Positions 34,801 to 36,526 of a stretch of 36,526 bases of DNA are shown piece by piece. The stretch covers positions 1 through 36,526 of the forward strand of contig JAYZBQ010000075.1 in assembly GCA_036338695.1 (NCBI GenBank). The letters are read 5' to 3'. The notes below the pieces were generated by a model, which was given only the letters and a program-made list of their open reading frames with translations, did no database searches and was not told the origin of the DNA. The stretch comes from Myxococcota bacterium. Its GTDB lineage: Bacteria > Myxococcota > UBA4151. The translations under genes and the position numbers were made by a program. Positions within the stretch are counted from its first letter, which is position 1. Every line of letters begins with the position of its first letter.

Positions 34801-36526
34801 TCGATCAACCAGGCGTGGCAGGTCCCGAGCGACTGCGACGCGGTCGGCGTTCAGGACGTGAGCGTGCGGCTCACCGACGTCGCTGGGAATACCTCGCAAG
34901 CGGCAACGCTGAGCCTGAACATCGTGGACACCACGAACCCAGCCGTCACCTTTCGCTCACCCCCTTCCATCGCCACGACCGGCGCGTCGTTCAACGTCCC
35001 GGTTCGACTCTCGGATGCGGGTTCAGGCGCCGCTCGTCTCACGCTGGGCAGCACCTGCGGCACCGTGAGTGACGGCGGCGTGATCACGATCAACAACGCG
35101 CCCGCCCAAGCCGACCGGACCTTCTCCGTTTCGGGGCTTCAGAATTGTCCCCCGGGCGCGATCACGCTGACGCTGGGCGGACAAGATGCAGCGGGCAACG
35201 CCGCAGCCAGCGCGACCCACGCCGTGACGTTGCGCGATGACGAGGCGCCGTCCGCAAGCCTGTTGCTCTCGAGCACCACCATCGACGTCGACTCGAGCGT
35301 GACCTTGACGGCGACCACGACCGACACCAGCAGTGGCTTGGCGAGCGTGACCTTCACGGTCCCTTGCGGAACGATCAGCGCACCCCATCCGGTCTCGCTG
35401 AACGGCGAGACCACCGAGCAGAGCGTTCAGCGAACGTGGACTGTGCCACCCGAGTGCCGAACGCTCGGCAGCCAAAACGTCAGCGTCGCTGTCGCAGACC
35501 AGAGCACCCACAGCGCCGACGGATCGGCGAGCGTTCAGGTGACCCTGCGCGACCAACAAGCGCCGACCGTCGCTTGGGACAACCCGCCCGCGCAGGTCAA
35601 CCTCAGCCAGGGCGCGACCCTCGGCGTGACCGTCAGCGACGCATCTTCCGGCGTAGCGAGCGTCAGCTTTTCGCTCGCCCAACAAGCGCAAGGCACGCTG
35701 GCGCCGACGTCACGAAGCATCGCCGGCGCGCCGACCTCTGGCTCGACCACGACGACCCTCAGCCTGGCGCCGACGTTGACGCATGGGACGAACGTCACGG
35801 TCCAGACGCAGGCGCAGGACGTTGCGGGGAACAACTCGGCGCTGGTGCCGACCACCGTGAGCGTCGTCGACGACATCGCCCCCATCTCGATCAGCGCAGT
35901 GCCTCAGCTGAGCGCCAACCGCCAGCTCGGCGGCAACCGCTTCGCCGTCGCCGCCGGCGAGACCGTCGCCATCGAGCTCAGCGCCACCGACCCGAATTCG
36001 GGGATCGAGACGGCGCAGCTCAGCGTCTTGGTCGGTGGCAACACGACCGTCGAGGGGCAAACTGCGGGCAACAGCCAGGTCGTTTTCACCACGACCATCA
36101 ACTACGGCGTACCAGGCGGCTTGAGCGACGGCGCTGAGATCGTGATCACGCCCCAGGCGAACGACGTCAGCGACGCAACCGGTCTGACCGCGGGCGCTGC
36201 CATCACGCTCGTCGTCGACGCCACCCCGCCGACGAGCGCGCCGAGCCTGATCGCGCCGGCTGCGGCGACCACCTTCGGGACACCGAGGAGCTTTCACTGC
36301 TTGAGCACAGGGGACGCTGCGCTGTCCGGTCTGCGCGGCACCGCAGACACGGTGGCGGTCAACGTCCAGATCTCACCCTTACCAGCTGGCTTCCCCGCCG
36401 ACGGTCAGAACCTCAATACCGAGGTCAACCCCGGTGGGTGGACCTTGGTCCCGCAGGGGTTTAGCTGGGCAAACCACACCGAGTACACGGTCACCCTGCG
36501 CGGTCGCGACGCCGTCGGAAACCAAC
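31837..36526 (+). CDS. Giant Ig-like repeat lipoprotein (>1560 aa, at least 14 repeats), putative adhesin/surface protein; 3' end beyond window
   Basis: MKKLLPLIGLAAC lipobox. Frame is open at both ends and at every repeat junction I translated, and still open at the window edge (...EYTVTLRGRDAVGNQ). D-x3-P linkers every ~103-123 aa, D-x2-SG and D-x-AGN motifs. Alternative ATG at 31816. Confidence 0.88.
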   Translation, partial: MKKLLPLIGLAACSAPTVVVDTSTPTITLQGPNQLRTGEANQLTVTASAPSGRAISQIRLEAMRSGSSVRHSATLSAVDQGTFCVRLDPSVVCAEDATVLDLPAAFGRDGLEVTFTAQAQDNAAARRSIRSAVLSTNVIDTSRPEIELIEPERVTPERNLGLRVRIHDLHSGAAALNYRLRLLSNGCLARTVSGSLTGFIPDDGHELAIITVPVPADLRSGTLAIDELEVADRAATPNKTALDPSQICIGSCADNTPPNVTVSRVRWVIDGQTARALSPGDGVHPGAQLEVTVQASDEHSNVRQIWAQIDGATPTPPADEEACPGLSDTAEQTFQLQAPEGPDGQAFTIVSGAFDDVGAGGDHNIGLAETFALELNDDVPPMITNITLLNSDGAPAQPAVAGTVRLGVSATETFGSFARIQLRIDDQTGTTAAESEVERFDPVQPELSAYASPTVLQLPNPNTLRATDDWTARVTLWDDATPPNAVSATLGFVPLDGQPPRLTGVTGAGALNLSDGRAATARLTGDDAARFIASASLVDVVVNQTGVSAQPVSTALPAETASANAVAVSIPIPINAKEGSLSAIPRLTDDSGNHTDGQRVQFNLVDDVPPELSAVFNPNVLLPGGPVRLEVSATDANSTGIARLEVGNVQHITWDSQAVVNQATVVFTGTVADNPGAIGAGLPLEAVVTATDQAAGANQRTVRAAATLRDQAGPIITVLEVTEGTVGGSATLRIQARDLNGVVAQTSFATTINRFDSNNQIQRTETVNYAPNDRLGTQEQSFSVAIPNNAQEGQYSILFTATDSEGNESQFTATGNLRLAVVDRTAPESVSIISLPDQLDTGGSSAVRVTATDRSSGIASLRLNAAELNQTLTHNCNNASVCTHTFALPVASNTAHELAVALEVTATDGSSQSNSTTPAATQRQVRDVEAPEQVAITNPLPVQVDTGATLQLQVRGFDVSSGLASATFTLPCGSAGPFSFNNAPKNLISINQAWQVPSDCDAVGVQDVSVRLTDVAGNTSQAATLSLNIVDTTNPAVTFRSPPSIATTGASFNVPVRLSDAGSGAARLTLGSTCGTVSDGGVITINNAPAQADRTFSVSGLQNCPPGAITLTLGGQDAAGNAAASATHAVTLRDDEAPSASLLLSSTTIDVDSSVTLTATTTDTSSGLASVTFTVPCGTISAPHPVSLNGETTEQSVQRTWTVPPECRTLGSQNVSVAVADQSTHSADGSASVQVTLRDQQAPTVAWDNPPAQVNLSQGATLGVTVSDASSGVASVSFSLAQQAQGTLAPTSRSIAGAPTSGSTTTTLSLAPTLTHGTNVTVQTQAQDVAGNNSALVPTTVSVVDDIAPISISAVPQLSANRQLGGNRFAVAAGETVAIELSATDPNSGIETAQLSVLVGGNTTVEGQTAGNSQVVFTTTINYGVPGGLSDGAEIVITPQANDVSDATGLTAGAAITLVVDATPPTSAPSLIAPAAATTFGTPRSFHCLSTGDAALSGLRGTADTVAVNVQISPLPAGFPADGQNLNTEVNPGGWTLVPQGFSWANHTEYTVTLRGRDAVGNQ

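Noticed and set aside
1..36526. Frequent CTCGAG/GAGCTC/TCGA words
   Set aside because: Explicable by Leu-Glu and Glu-Leu codon pairs in a high-GC genome. I did not quantify them and cannot claim enrichment.

Overview
High-GC bacterial chromosomal segment with Myxococcota/deltaproteobacterial gene content (inferred, not from a marker search). From left to right: (1) a tightly coupled minus-strand operon (8610 to <1): small conserved protein, DUF1844, PDZ-like protein, diacylglycerol kinase family, RluA pseudouridine synthase, then a MoxR-DUF58-BatA-BatB/TPR (Bat-type) module running off the left edge in a DQQGDQ repeat; (2) a divergent RpoH-family sigma factor; (3) a CBM9-like protein and a lipoprotein made almost entirely of Cys4 repeats; (4) a 10-gene Mrp/Mnh Na+/H+ antiporter cluster (E-F-G-DUF4040/B-B-C-D-D-small-D); (5) alaS; (6) a stand-alone minimal flagellin with its own promoter, leader hairpin and terminator; (7) SDR, PAP2, arfB; (8) class II ribonucleotide reductase nrdJ; (9) divergent from nrdJ, an uncharacterised three-gene plus-strand block: an apparently inactivated 5'-nucleotidase (UshA fold) fused to a predicted beta-barrel, a probably frameshifted coiled-coil/TM protein with R-SNARE-like spacing, and a >1560-aa Ig-repeat lipoprotein running off the right edge. 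Both edge genes are missing from the supplied ORF track because their stop codons lie outside the window. I saw no rRNA, tRNA, CRISPR array or mobile element. Block (9) is the best candidate for an undescribed system; all family calls come from reading motifs by eye.
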